A stretch of 64,000 bases of DNA from a virus. The stretch spans positions 18,186-82,185 of the IMG/VR virus record IMGVR_UViG_3300025450_000020; one strand, given 5' to 3'. This document shows, piece by piece, positions 39,565 to 49,111 of this stretch (position 1 is the first letter of the stretch; each line of letters starts with the position of its first letter). The position numbers were made by a program, and so were the translations under genes. Under the pieces are notes generated by a model. That model worked only from the letters and a program-made list of their open reading frames with translations. It searched no databases and was not told the DNA's origin.

Positions 39565-40449
39565 ATGGTAACAACAGTTCCAGTAACACAACAGCAAAAA
39601 ACTGTAACCGCCTCACCAGGCGATAATGTTGTTATTCTTGTAAGAGCTAAACAAGGCAATTCTTATTCAGACTGGGCTTCACTGCCATATACCGTCCCAT
39701 CAACTTCACAATCAGGTGCAAATCTTACTACTACAAACTCATCTACAGATATTAAATTAAATGGTGGATCATTATATGCAGGATCATTCCCAGGAACTAC
39801 GGTAGGAACATTTAATGTTGTTTCAGGTTCAACAACAGGCACGGGAATTATTTTAAACAGCACGGGCATAGCTGGATTTGCAAACGGATCTAAAAAGTTT
39901 TATATAGATGCCTCTACTGGTAACGCATACTTTGGAGGTACTCTAAATGCAGCATCAGGAACTTTTACAGGTACTTTATCTGGAGCTTCGGGAACATTTA
40001 CGGGTACTATTTCTGCTTCAACAATTACTGGTTCAACAATTTCTGGATCTATACTCAGCACAAATCCTGTAACTTATACAGGACAAACAATAAATAATTA
40101 TATTTATATACATAACGGACCCACAGCAGGACAAATAGATTTTTACAACAACGGTTCAGCAATAACCTCTATGTATGGTTTATCAAGTCAATTTTTTATA
40201 AGTGGGCCAGTTCCTACCACTGTAGATTCTTATACAAACGCAAATATTACGCTTGCGGCATCAAATATTTCAATAGGATATATAGGAAGTTCAATTCTTA
40301 ATAATTTAAATATAAGCGGAACTACAAAAACAGTTTCTCTAACATTTTCAACAGGTTCTTCTTACAATGGTTTAAGAAATATATCTGTTGTTTCTTCTTC
40401 ATCCCCCGCCCCTTCAGGATATGATGGAGACATATATGTTACTTACTAG
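39565..40449 (+). CDS. Tail fibre protein
   Basis: FYIDASTGNAYFGGTL, ASGTFTGT repeats, C-terminal PSGYDGDIYV. Confidence 0.6.
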   Translation: MVTTVPVTQQQKTVTASPGDNVVILVRAKQGNSYSDWASLPYTVPSTSQSGANLTTTNSSTDIKLNGGSLYAGSFPGTTVGTFNVVSGSTTGTGIILNSTGIAGFANGSKKFYIDASTGNAYFGGTLNAASGTFTGTLSGASGTFTGTISASTITGSTISGSILSTNPVTYTGQTINNYIYIHNGPTAGQIDFYNNGSAITSMYGLSSQFFISGPVPTTVDSYTNANITLAASNISIGYIGSSILNNLNISGTTKTVSLTFSTGSSYNGLRNISVVSSSSPAPSGYDGDIYVTY

Positions 40450-40457
40450 GGAATAAA

Positions 40458-42113
40458 ATGGCAGCCAATATATTTTCAAATAATACATGGAATACTGTTA
40501 AGAATATTTATGTTTATATTAAAAATTCAACGCTGGATGGTTGGCAAACTGTTAAAAAAGGTTATGTTTTTATTTCAAATCAATGGCAACTATTTTATAC
40601 TTCTTATAATGGCCCAACACAATTAACAAAACCTACAATATCAGGAACAGGTGCATCACTTTCAAGCGTTACTGGCACAGCTGGAACTTATCAATCTGGA
40701 ACATATATATCAAAAACTTCTTATATAGGAGTTACCACATCTTCTTCTCCGCAAACAGATGGATTGACAACTTCCTCGCTTGGATCAGAATCTACAAACC
40801 CATATACAATTACACAGTCTGATGCCACAACTCCATCGTATATTTTTTATTATGTTGACGCAGTAACTGGCAATGATTCTAAAACTTATTATTATTATAG
40901 TTCATCAATACCATCATATATAGGTTCAATTTCTGACAACTATAATAGATCCGTGTCTGCTGGCCTAGGAACAGGTTCGGGTGGATATATATATAATCTT
41001 TCTAATTTAAATTCAACATGGTCAACAGCACAGATTAGTGGAACAAATTATGCTGCTAATCATACAAGACCAGCATCGGGAGCAACTCCCGCAAACTACC
41101 CATTAGAAGCCATAGAATTAACTGGCAAAACTGATATTACAGCACAAATAGATATTCCATATGATGGATCTGGGCCAGGAATTTTATTTTGGGCGGCAAG
41201 TGGAACGCAATGGTGGGCTGCATCTTCAATTAATGGTACATATTCAACAACAACATACACTTGTAGCCCAGGTTCTTACACCTATTATAATTGTGGAACT
41301 TCGGGTTCAACAACAGTATCAGATTGCCTTGGGCCAGCTGTTAATTATTTTGGTACAACTCAATCTGCTGCCACTTCAAGCGCAACAACATATTGTCATG
41401 GATGCTCAGTAACTCCAGGAGGACTGTATTCTTCTCAAACAACTTATGCTTGTGGTCCTTCTCAAAGAGCTTATACTGGTTCTCAAACAGTTGTAACAAC
41501 AATTGATTCTTCAACTGTAGGTCAACCTTGCCAATTTGCTTCTTCAAATTATCCAACATTTTATTACTATATAGTTGTTGCAACTACAACAAATACTTAT
41601 TCATCATCTTGTAATTATGAATCATATTCAGTATCAACATGTAGCGGAAGTTCGGCGTATTCAAACAATACTACAAGTGGAACTTGCAATTGCAGTGCAC
41701 CACAAACAGGAAGCAACTGTTCGGGATCTACAATATATACAGATTCAGGAGGCACGGGATGCGGGTCTTGTGGAGTAACCACTGGAACTGGTACAGCATA
41801 CTATACTGATTTAGTAATTTATTCAGCAAATGGTTCATCTGTTTCTTCTATGGCTACTTCGTCTAGCCACATAGCTACAAGTTTTTCAGGGTATAGTTCA
41901 ATTGATGTCGGAAGACTTAAAGTTGTTACATCAGGAAATAGTATTGTGGTTTCTGCATATGATAGCTCTCTTACAAATCAGCTTGGAACTTTAAGTTATA
42001 CAGCGTCATCTCCAACAAAAAAGTCTGCAAATGGTTCATCGTATGCTGGTATAATTATAACTCCAAGTTCAAATGACGGTTCAATTTGGGCAGATAATCT
42101 TTCAATACAGTAG
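40458..42113 (+). CDS. Putative receptor-binding protein with Cys-rich insertion
   Basis: WNTVKNIYV...WQTVKKGYV N-terminus, Ser/Thr/Tyr-rich body, 14 Cys confined to 41262-41771. Confidence 0.6.
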   Translation: MAANIFSNNTWNTVKNIYVYIKNSTLDGWQTVKKGYVFISNQWQLFYTSYNGPTQLTKPTISGTGASLSSVTGTAGTYQSGTYISKTSYIGVTTSSSPQTDGLTTSSLGSESTNPYTITQSDATTPSYIFYYVDAVTGNDSKTYYYYSSSIPSYIGSISDNYNRSVSAGLGTGSGGYIYNLSNLNSTWSTAQISGTNYAANHTRPASGATPANYPLEAIELTGKTDITAQIDIPYDGSGPGILFWAASGTQWWAASSINGTYSTTTYTCSPGSYTYYNCGTSGSTTVSDCLGPAVNYFGTTQSAATSSATTYCHGCSVTPGGLYSSQTTYACGPSQRAYTGSQTVVTTIDSSTVGQPCQFASSNYPTFYYYIVVATTTNTYSSSCNYESYSVSTCSGSSAYSNNTTSGTCNCSAPQTGSNCSGSTIYTDSGGTGCGSCGVTTGTGTAYYTDLVIYSANGSSVSSMATSSSHIATSFSGYSSIDVGRLKVVTSGNSIVVSAYDSSLTNQLGTLSYTASSPTKKSANGSSYAGIIITPSSNDGSIWADNLSIQ

Positions 42114-42139
42114 ACAGAAATACGCTAATAGTGTATAAT
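42111..42139 (+). promoter_or_regulatory. Sigma70-type promoter
   Basis: TAGACA-N17-TATAAT. Confidence 0.6.
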
Positions 42140-42158
42140 GAATAAAAAGGAGAAATAA

Positions 42159-42392
42159 ATGGTTGATAATGTTACACAAAATAATTTAACACCTATTAAA
42201 ATAGCTTATGTTTTGGATGGCAAGGTAGTTGATATTTTGCATACGGACGAAAGACTTTCTGCAATATTTATGAGTAATCCAATAATCATTGATGTCACCA
42301 CTCAGTTTGATGCTGATAATTCTTCTGTAAGAATTGGAATGTACTATGATCAAGCCACAGGAACCTTTTCTGAGCCTACAACAGGAGCTTAA
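42159..42392 (+). CDS. Small protein, putative fibre chaperone
   Basis: SD AAGGAG; IAYVLDGKVVD...IGMYYD..TGTF resembles fibre assembly proteins. Confidence 0.45.
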   Translation: MVDNVTQNNLTPIKIAYVLDGKVVDILHTDERLSAIFMSNPIIIDVTTQFDADNSSVRIGMYYDQATGTFSEPTTGA

Positions 42393-42395
42393 TTA

Positions 42396-42683
42396 ATGTC
42401 TGAAAAAACACCATGGCAATTATGGAAAGAAAAAAATGAAGGCGACTCTGTAAGACCTTGGGACTTAATAAATCCAAACATTGCTAATGTGCCAAATGAT
42501 GTTTTTGAACATAGATTTGAAATTTGCAAGAATTGTCCATCTTTAATTAAATTGACAAATCAATGCAAAAAATGTGGATGTTTTATGAATGCAAAAGCTA
42601 AGCTTCCACATGCTACTTGTCCAATTGGAAAATGGGGAGCATTCCATGATGTTCCAGACATGATATCGGAGGAAGAAAACTAA
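42396..42683 (+). CDS. Cys-rich DUF6171-like protein
   Basis: RFEICKNC...QCKKCGCFM..K..L..ATCPIGKW. Confidence 0.7.
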   Translation: MSEKTPWQLWKEKNEGDSVRPWDLINPNIANVPNDVFEHRFEICKNCPSLIKLTNQCKKCGCFMNAKAKLPHATCPIGKWGAFHDVPDMISEEEN

Positions 42684-42898
42684 TGGAATTGACGAATCAA
42701 GAAAAGATAGATATAATTAATCAGCACTACAAATCTTCTATGCAGAATGCTTTTGATATTCAACTAAGAATTATTGAAGAGAACGCACTAGAAAATCCAA
42801 ATCAAGACACAATCAATGCTTTGAATAACAATCTTAATGTTGAGATTGCAAAACAAAAAGCTCTTGATGAACAGCTTTTATCTTTACAAAATAACTAA
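42683..42898 (+). CDS. Hypothetical coiled-coil protein
   Basis: 71 aa, TAATG coupling. Confidence 0.55.
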   Translation: MELTNQEKIDIINQHYKSSMQNAFDIQLRIIEENALENPNQDTINALNNNLNVEIAKQKALDEQLLSLQNN

Positions 42899-42905
42899 GG
42901 AAAAA

Positions 42906-43076
42906 ATGGAAAAATCAGAATTGATTATCGCTGCTTTAAAAGAGCGTATATCTCAAATGGCTGGAGATCATGCTATTGAAATAGCATTATTAAGAGCAGA
43001 AATTACAGAGTTAATGGATAAGCAAAAGGCTAAAGATGAATATTCCAAGACTATTTCAGAAATCACTTCCCAGTAA
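42906..43076 (+). CDS. Hypothetical coiled-coil protein
   Basis: SD AAGGA before ATG 42906. Confidence 0.5.
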   Translation: MEKSELIIAALKERISQMAGDHAIEIALLRAEITELMDKQKAKDEYSKTISEITSQ

Positions 43077-43446
43077 AAATTATAATCCTTTGGTTCCAAG
43101 TGGGTTAATTGCCCATACAGACAAGGGTTATTTTTATATTAAGGGTAATAAGAAGTTTAAGTTTGTGTCTGAGAGGGCCATGCTTTCTTGGTCCCTGCCC
43201 ATTGTTAAAACAAATGACAATATGTTAAGCAAGCTTATGACTGCAGGAACATTAGGATTCAGAGACGGCACTTTGGTCAAGGACATCTCAGATGGTAAAA
43301 TATATCTTATAAGCGATTCAAAAAGACGCCACATCATAGAACCAGATGTGCTAGAATGGATTGAAGCGAATATAATCAAGGCGGGACAAAAAGAGATTCT
43401 TGTCCATACAGAAGGAGAACCACTAGATGGCAGCAATAACAACTGA
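43036..43446 (+). CDS. Hypothetical protein
   Basis: Two similar halves (YFYIKGNKKF / IYLISDSKRRHI). Confidence 0.55.
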   Translation: MNIPRLFQKSLPSKNYNPLVPSGLIAHTDKGYFYIKGNKKFKFVSERAMLSWSLPIVKTNDNMLSKLMTAGTLGFRDGTLVKDISDGKIYLISDSKRRHIIEPDVLEWIEANIIKAGQKEILVHTEGEPLDGSNNN

Positions 43447-43864
43447 TAATGCAATTATTGACTATAATACTATTACCAACATTGTCAACACCTTAAATAC
43501 CCATGAGGATGTATTTACAGCATTTCAGCAACAGGCACTTGTGGTATCAGCAGATCAAACAAGCAATACAATCAATAACCTTCTTGTAAGTGGAACACAA
43601 ATTGCATGTGTAAGAATACAGATTCCAGCGGGATTCACTGGAAAAGCAGTAACCCTTAATCAAGCATTTAGTAATCCACCTATTATTTCAATAGCTGTTG
43701 AAACAAGTTCAACAACAGCAGTATATGTTCCACAATTTAGTTTTCAAGCAAATGCGGCAAACAGCTCATACAATATAATTAATGTATCTGTAGTTAATCC
43801 TCTTAGAACTTATGATACAACCCCAGTTGTTCTCCACATAACTGCGATCGGACAAAAGCAGTAA
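43427..43864 (+). CDS. Putative small fibre/H-type lectin-like protein
   Basis: C-terminal VTLNQAFSNPPII...VVLHITAIG pattern. Confidence 0.45.
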   Translation: MAAITTDNAIIDYNTITNIVNTLNTHEDVFTAFQQQALVVSADQTSNTINNLLVSGTQIACVRIQIPAGFTGKAVTLNQAFSNPPIISIAVETSSTTAVYVPQFSFQANAANSSYNIINVSVVNPLRTYDTTPVVLHITAIGQKQ

Positions 43865-43865
43865 A

Positions 43866-44126
43866 ATGTACGAGCCTATCAAGTTTTGGACAAAACGAGA
43901 TAGAAGAATTAGCAAAGAAGGTTATGTTTTGATTAAAGTTCCAGAGCACCCAAAGAATTTTAAGGGTTGGTATTATGAGCATCGCCTTATTATAGAAAAA
44001 CAATTAAATAGAATAATTAATGATTGGGAAACCATTCATCATATAAATAACGACAAGAAAGATAATAGATTAATTAATCTATTTTTATGTTCAAGATTGG
44101 AACATAACAAAGCACACGTTGCTTGA
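43866..44126 (+). CDS. HNH endonuclease (short, HNH_3-like)
   Basis: EHRLIIEKQL...IHHINNDKKDNRLINL...EH..AH. Confidence 0.8.
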   Translation: MYEPIKFWTKRDRRISKEGYVLIKVPEHPKNFKGWYYEHRLIIEKQLNRIINDWETIHHINNDKKDNRLINLFLCSRLEHNKAHVA

Positions 44127-44152
44127 CAAAAAACAATAGCATACGCTACAAT
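44123..44152 (+). promoter_or_regulatory. Sigma70-type promoter
   Basis: TTGACA-N18-TACAAT. Confidence 0.65.
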
Positions 44153-44177
44153 TAACTAAACCTAAACAAAGGATTAT

Positions 44178-44933
44178 ATGAACGATTTAAAATGGATGAT
44201 GGTGTCGGATATTCATTTCCCCCGCCACGATGCAAGAAAGGTAGAACTCTTCATGAAGGTTATGAAGTGGTTCAAACCAGATGCAGTTGACCTACTTGGC
44301 GACATTGATGATGCTGATTCAACATCTCGTTGGGCTGCAGAATACCCTGCAGAATTTTCTATTCCCGTATCTGACGGTGGAGTTACAGGCACAAGAGATT
44401 TTCTTGCTGACCTAAGACAAACGTCGGGAGCTAATGCAGAACTACATTTTCATGACGGTAACCACGGCTGGACAAGACATGGCGATTATCTTGCAAAGAA
44501 AGCTCCAGCATTCCTAGAATTCATTACGCCTGATTCACTCTATGAATATAAAAAGCATGGCATTCACTGGCACGAATATAACGAGCCTCCTGTGAAACGT
44601 TATGGTGATATGTATGGTCATCATGGTGAGTCCATTTCCAAACACTCTGGAGAATCAGTACGTAATGACGTAAACAACTGGGGGGTATCCCTAGTACGTG
44701 GACATTCTCATCGTATGGGTGCCTATTATCAAACATACAACATCACGGGGCAAGAGCTTCGTGGGTATGAGATAGGTCATCTTTGCGACGAGGACAAGAT
44801 GGATTATTCCATCCAAAAGAATTGGCAGGCAGGATTTGCAGTGGCACACGTTGTCAATGATTATCCACATATGCAGCTAATTCAAATTCATGACTACACT
44901 TGTGTAGTTGACGGTAAAATTTTTACCGCATAA
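44178..44933 (+). CDS. Calcineurin-like metallophosphoesterase
   Basis: SDIH, GD, GNHG, HHG, GHSH motifs. Confidence 0.85.
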   Translation: MNDLKWMMVSDIHFPRHDARKVELFMKVMKWFKPDAVDLLGDIDDADSTSRWAAEYPAEFSIPVSDGGVTGTRDFLADLRQTSGANAELHFHDGNHGWTRHGDYLAKKAPAFLEFITPDSLYEYKKHGIHWHEYNEPPVKRYGDMYGHHGESISKHSGESVRNDVNNWGVSLVRGHSHRMGAYYQTYNITGQELRGYEIGHLCDEDKMDYSIQKNWQAGFAVAHVVNDYPHMQLIQIHDYTCVVDGKIFTA

Positions 44934-44950
44934 CCTATAAGGAGAAATAA

Positions 44951-45130
44951 ATGAACGCAAAGCGTAAGGCTCTTGTAGAGCACTATGTATATGCAACAGC
45001 TGCAGCAGCAGTGGCAATTTGGCAGGGTGGAAATCACGATGTCAAGAAGGTAGCATGGGCAGCACTCGTTGGTGTACTTGGTCCAGTTTTGAAGGCTACC
45101 ATTGATCACTTCAACGCACCAGCAAAGTAA
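44951..45130 (+). CDS. Small two-TM membrane protein (holin-like), not in ORF track
   Basis: SD AAGGAG; MNAKRKALVEHYVYATAAAAVAIWQGGNHDVKKVAWAALVGVLGPVLKATIDHFNAPAK (59 aa). Confidence 0.6.
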   Translation: MNAKRKALVEHYVYATAAAAVAIWQGGNHDVKKVAWAALVGVLGPVLKATIDHFNAPAK

Positions 45131-45150
45131 GTAATATATACAACTAAATA

Positions 45151-45336
45151 ATGCTGAATTGTAAAAAATGTACAGGACGAGTATTCGTTGACAGAGTTTA
45201 TTCCCAGAACCTGCGGGTTGAATTGTTCTGTGTAATGTGTGGGAAAAGATGGATGGTCAAGAGAGATAATAGGTTTGGTTCATGGGTAGCAAGACAAGAG
45301 GAAATTCTGCAACACGGTTACGGTATTTCTATCTAA
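45151..45336 (+). CDS. Zinc-ribbon protein
   Basis: CKKC...CVMCG. Confidence 0.6.
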   Translation: MLNCKKCTGRVFVDRVYSQNLRVELFCVMCGKRWMVKRDNRFGSWVARQEEILQHGYGISI

Positions 45337-45797
45337 ACGATAAGTTGCATAAAGTTTTGCGTCGCTCACGTGCCGAGGACCTAGTTGTCGCTTGGGATTA
45401 CCAGTTGGGTAAGCGTGTTGCTTATAGTTTGGCTGATGTCAACAAAAATAAACAATACGCTTACTCCATCAAAGAGGTATGCAAGTTAATAGGAAAGCAT
45501 GAAGATACTATTAAGTGGCATTTGTATAGAGGTGATTTAAGATTCCCTCAAAGAATTTATTCTCTTAATGGTAAGAAAACTCCAGGGAAGTACTTTTGGA
45601 GCGAAGATAATATTAGAGAGATGCATGATTTTTTTAAGACGGTTCATAGAGGTAGACCACGCAACGATGGCGGGATTACCCCAGGAGACATGCCGTCTAG
45701 AGCAGAATTAGAAGCAATGATGAAACAAGAAAACATTTTATATGTTAAAAATAGCGATGGGGAATTTGTCCCAGTTTGGAAAGCACCAGAATGGTAA
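45282..45797 (+). CDS. MerR-like HTH DNA-binding protein
   Basis: YSIKEVCKLIGKHEDTIKWHLYRG...YFWSEDNI. Confidence 0.6.
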   Translation: MGSKTRGNSATRLRYFYLNDKLHKVLRRSRAEDLVVAWDYQLGKRVAYSLADVNKNKQYAYSIKEVCKLIGKHEDTIKWHLYRGDLRFPQRIYSLNGKKTPGKYFWSEDNIREMHDFFKTVHRGRPRNDGGITPGDMPSRAELEAMMKQENILYVKNSDGEFVPVWKAPEW

Positions 45798-46024
45798 ATA
45801 AGTCTGACAAAGATGCTAAGCATGTCTTGCATCAAGCGCTTCGTGTGTTGGAATTCACAATGGAGTTGGCTGTACAAAAGCAGGATATTGATGCTATGAT
45901 AGGCATATCAGATCGTTTGATGATGTTGTATCAGCATTTATCGGACGGGACCAATGCCAAAAAGTTCAGACCAGGATTTGCTTTTGCAGATAAGGAAGAA
46001 AAGGTAGAAGATGAATCAGACTAA
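45791..46024 (+). CDS. Hypothetical protein
   Basis: Coupled ORF in the replication operon. Confidence 0.5.
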   Translation: MVNKSDKDAKHVLHQALRVLEFTMELAVQKQDIDAMIGISDRLMMLYQHLSDGTNAKKFRPGFAFADKEEKVEDESD

Positions 46025-46217
46025 TGTCAAGGTTGAATTACAATTCACCAAGAATCTAGGTAACTATGAAAGCCTACGCATTGGTATTGGTATTGAAGAT
46101 TTTAAGCGTGACGGTGAAACTACTGATGAAGCTACAGATAGAGTTTATGCTTTTGTTGAGAAAAAGCTAATGGATAAAGTTCACGAGATTGAAGAAGAGC
46201 TAAAGGGTAAGAAATGA
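46011..46217 (+). CDS. Hypothetical protein
   Basis: TKNLGNYESLRI motif seen in small phage proteins. Confidence 0.6.
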   Translation: MNQTNVKVELQFTKNLGNYESLRIGIGIEDFKRDGETTDEATDRVYAFVEKKLMDKVHEIEEELKGKK

Positions 46218-46546
46218 CAAAGGATGAAGCAAAGTTAGCCTACGGATTAGTTGGGCTCTACTGTGCTTTATACAAAGAGCATTATAAGAAGCCTGCAGTA
46301 GTAAATAAGTACAGAGAAAAGTGGGCTATGCAAGACGTCATTGATAGTGTAGGATATGACAGAGCAAAGGTCCTCCTAGAGTATTACTTTAAGATTACAA
46401 AGAGTGGTCATCCACTAACTTGGTTCTTTTATAATTTTGAAAAGCTTGACCTTACATTGCAACAGACTGAAGAAGATAAGTCCCGCAGGGAATTGATTAG
46501 AGCTAGAACCAAGGATATGGTTCAGGAAAGAGACAATGAATACTGA
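46214..46546 (+). CDS. Hypothetical protein (possible helicase loader)
   Basis: Helical ORF overlapping the helicase start; function inferred from position only. Confidence 0.5.
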   Translation: MTKDEAKLAYGLVGLYCALYKEHYKKPAVVNKYREKWAMQDVIDSVGYDRAKVLLEYYFKITKSGHPLTWFFYNFEKLDLTLQQTEEDKSRRELIRARTKDMVQERDNEY

Positions 46547-47762
46547 GTCAGCCGTAATCACAGCAATATGTACCAACAAGGATATCGCAACAGTCCTTGC
46601 TGAAAATATTGACGAAGTATTTACTTCTCATAGAGATGTGTGGGAAGGATTAAAGTCTTACTATTTAAAGTTTAAAGCCGTGCCTGACGTTTCAGTTCTT
46701 ACTGATAAGTTTAAAGATTTTGAACCCGCAAGTGTCAAGGGTGAGACAGCTTATTATCTTAACGAACTTAAAAATGAATACCTAGCAAGTAGAGTTAGAA
46801 ACTTGCTATTGTCTTCGGGGGCAAGTCTTAAAACAGAAGCATCCTCTAGAGTTATTCAGCAAATGCAAGCTGAACTTAATACACTCGGAAAGCTTACAGC
46901 AAATGTACGAGACGTTGACCTTACAGATTTTAAGTTAGCAGAACAACACTTTGAAGCAGTTAAAAATCGTTCTGATGCTATGGGCGGTAGCCCAGGAATC
47001 ATGACAGGCTTTAAGGCTATTGATTATGCATATCCCACAGGAATGGCTCCAGGACACCTTATCGTTATGATTGGTTGGCCAGGTAGGGGTAAGACATGGT
47101 TCTCCTCTTATTTGGCCTGCAAAGCTTGGGAACAGGGATTTAAACCTATGATCATATCCCTTGAAATGACCCCAGAGAATATGCGTGACCGTATCTATAC
47201 TATGATGGGGTCGGGATTGTTCAAGGCTTCAGACTTCTCTAGAGGTAATATTGATATAGAGCAATTTGATGATTGGGGTACAAAGAAGTTTGCCAATAAG
47301 AACCAATTCATCCTTGTATCAAATGAAGGCACAGGTCAAGTTACACCGAATACGGTGCAAGCAAAGATTGACCAACATAAGCCTGATATTGTGATTCTTG
47401 ATTATCACCAGTTGTTTAATGATTCATCTGGTGCAAAATCTGAAGTAGAACGTAACCGTAATATTTCTCGTGACTTCAAGTTGTTGGCAGTTCGCAATAA
47501 TATTCCTATCATTGATATTACTGCTGCAACTATGGATGATGTGTCTGACCAAGATGCCCCGCCATTGTTGTCACAAGTTGCTTGGTCAAAGGCAATTGAA
47601 TATGATGCTGATATGGCTATTGCAGTCCATAAGCAACCTGATTCAAATGTTATGGAAATTATAAGTCGCAAGAACCGTCACGGTACTGAGTTCGGGTTCT
47701 ATTTGGACTGGGATTTGAACCGAGGCGTTATTACAGAGCTGTATGACAAGGGTATAGCGTAA
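46536..47762 (+). CDS. dnaB: DnaB-like replicative helicase
   Basis: Walker A GWPGRGKT, SLEM, VILDY, IEYDAD, KNRHG. Confidence 0.92.
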   Translation: MNTESAVITAICTNKDIATVLAENIDEVFTSHRDVWEGLKSYYLKFKAVPDVSVLTDKFKDFEPASVKGETAYYLNELKNEYLASRVRNLLLSSGASLKTEASSRVIQQMQAELNTLGKLTANVRDVDLTDFKLAEQHFEAVKNRSDAMGGSPGIMTGFKAIDYAYPTGMAPGHLIVMIGWPGRGKTWFSSYLACKAWEQGFKPMIISLEMTPENMRDRIYTMMGSGLFKASDFSRGNIDIEQFDDWGTKKFANKNQFILVSNEGTGQVTPNTVQAKIDQHKPDIVILDYHQLFNDSSGAKSEVERNRNISRDFKLLAVRNNIPIIDITAATMDDVSDQDAPPLLSQVAWSKAIEYDADMAIAVHKQPDSNVMEIISRKNRHGTEFGFYLDWDLNRGVITELYDKGIA

Positions 47763-47805
47763 TTTATGTAATCACTGTCTAACTTGATATAATTATCAAG
47801 AAAGA

Positions 47806-48099
47806 TTGGTGATCATGTACCCAAGAAAAATACATGACTTCTGGATGAATGGGATTATCAAAGATGATTCTATCTTTCAGAGCTCAAGGGAGAACTATGA
47901 GAGACTTTTGGTCCAGCAGATGCGAGACAAAGGTTACGTTCCTGTCCTTGACATGCAGCCTCAGTTTAATGTAAAATATAACGAGAGCAAGGATCACTAC
48001 TCTTTCAACCTTGTAATGTACGGAATTTACATTGGTAAATCCAAAGCATTAAAGTATGAAGGGTTCTCTGGTCAGAGTTTAATACCTAAAGGAAAATAA
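47806..48099 (+). CDS. Hypothetical protein
   Basis: ORF between helicase and primase, preceded by TGATATAAT at 47785. Confidence 0.55.
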   Translation: MVIMYPRKIHDFWMNGIIKDDSIFQSSRENYERLLVQQMRDKGYVPVLDMQPQFNVKYNESKDHYSFNLVMYGIYIGKSKALKYEGFSGQSLIPKGK

Positions 48100-49059
48100 A
48101 TGACGGATGCATATGCTAAAGCGGACCTCCGCTCTATTCTGCAATCCTGCGGTATTGAAATTGTATCTGAAACAGGCACAGACTTTTTGTGTCTATGCCC
48201 ATTCCACCATAATACAGACTCGCCAGCTTTTGCTGTAAGTTATTCAAAAGGCCTTTATATTTGTTATAATCAGAACTGTGATTCGTCTGGCACAGTACTT
48301 GATCTTGTTAAGACATTAACTAATCGCAATGATTTTGAAGCTATGCGCTTTATATCAGCAAACAAGCTTTCGCCAGCGGAGATACTTGAAGAAGAACTCA
48401 AGGACTTGCTAGATGACAAGCCAGAGTTTGTGGAGTTCCCGCAAGCAACGTTGGATAAGCTTAATACAAATTTGGAGCAAAACCCAAAAGCACAAGAATA
48501 CTTTTTATCAAGAAAGATTAATCAAGAAGCTGGTCGTCACTTTAACTTAGGTTATTCAGATACTCAGGGTATGGTTACCGTACCTCTGCATTCTCCAGAC
48601 GGAATTCCTGTAGGCGTAATTGGTCGTTCAATAGAAGGTAAATCTTTTAAGAATAGCCCTAACCTGCCACGCAACAAGACCATGTTTAATTTGCATAGAG
48701 CAAAGCGACAAGGTGGAACCATTATAGTCGTAGAGTCTAGTTTTGATGCTATTCGTTTATGGCAGGCGGGATTTCCAAATGCTGTTGCCACACTAGGTGG
48801 TAGCATATCAGATACTAATATTCAACATTTAAATAAGTATGCATCTACAATTATTATAATGACAGACAACGACTCCGCTGGGCGGGCGTTGGGAAATACA
48901 ATAGCTAATAAACTAAGGAATAAAAATATTTTGTGGGCTAGATATGACCACAAGACTGTATATCCTCACATGGCAAAAGATGTGGGCGATCTCACAGATG
49001 AAGAAATAAAAACATGCGTAAAAAATGCGATTCCGCACTTTGAGTACGCAAATATATGA
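48100..49059 (+). CDS. dnaG: DNA primase (CHC2 zinc finger plus TOPRIM)
   Basis: CPFH...CYNQNC, VVESSFD, ATLGG, DNDSAG, KDVGD. Confidence 0.9.
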   Translation: MTDAYAKADLRSILQSCGIEIVSETGTDFLCLCPFHHNTDSPAFAVSYSKGLYICYNQNCDSSGTVLDLVKTLTNRNDFEAMRFISANKLSPAEILEEELKDLLDDKPEFVEFPQATLDKLNTNLEQNPKAQEYFLSRKINQEAGRHFNLGYSDTQGMVTVPLHSPDGIPVGVIGRSIEGKSFKNSPNLPRNKTMFNLHRAKRQGGTIIVVESSFDAIRLWQAGFPNAVATLGGSISDTNIQHLNKYASTIIIMTDNDSAGRALGNTIANKLRNKNILWARYDHKTVYPHMAKDVGDLTDEEIKTCVKNAIPHFEYANI

Positions 49060-49111
49060 TATACTGAAGAAACAGGGCATCAAACAGCCCTTACACTAAG
49101 GAGAAATAAAT

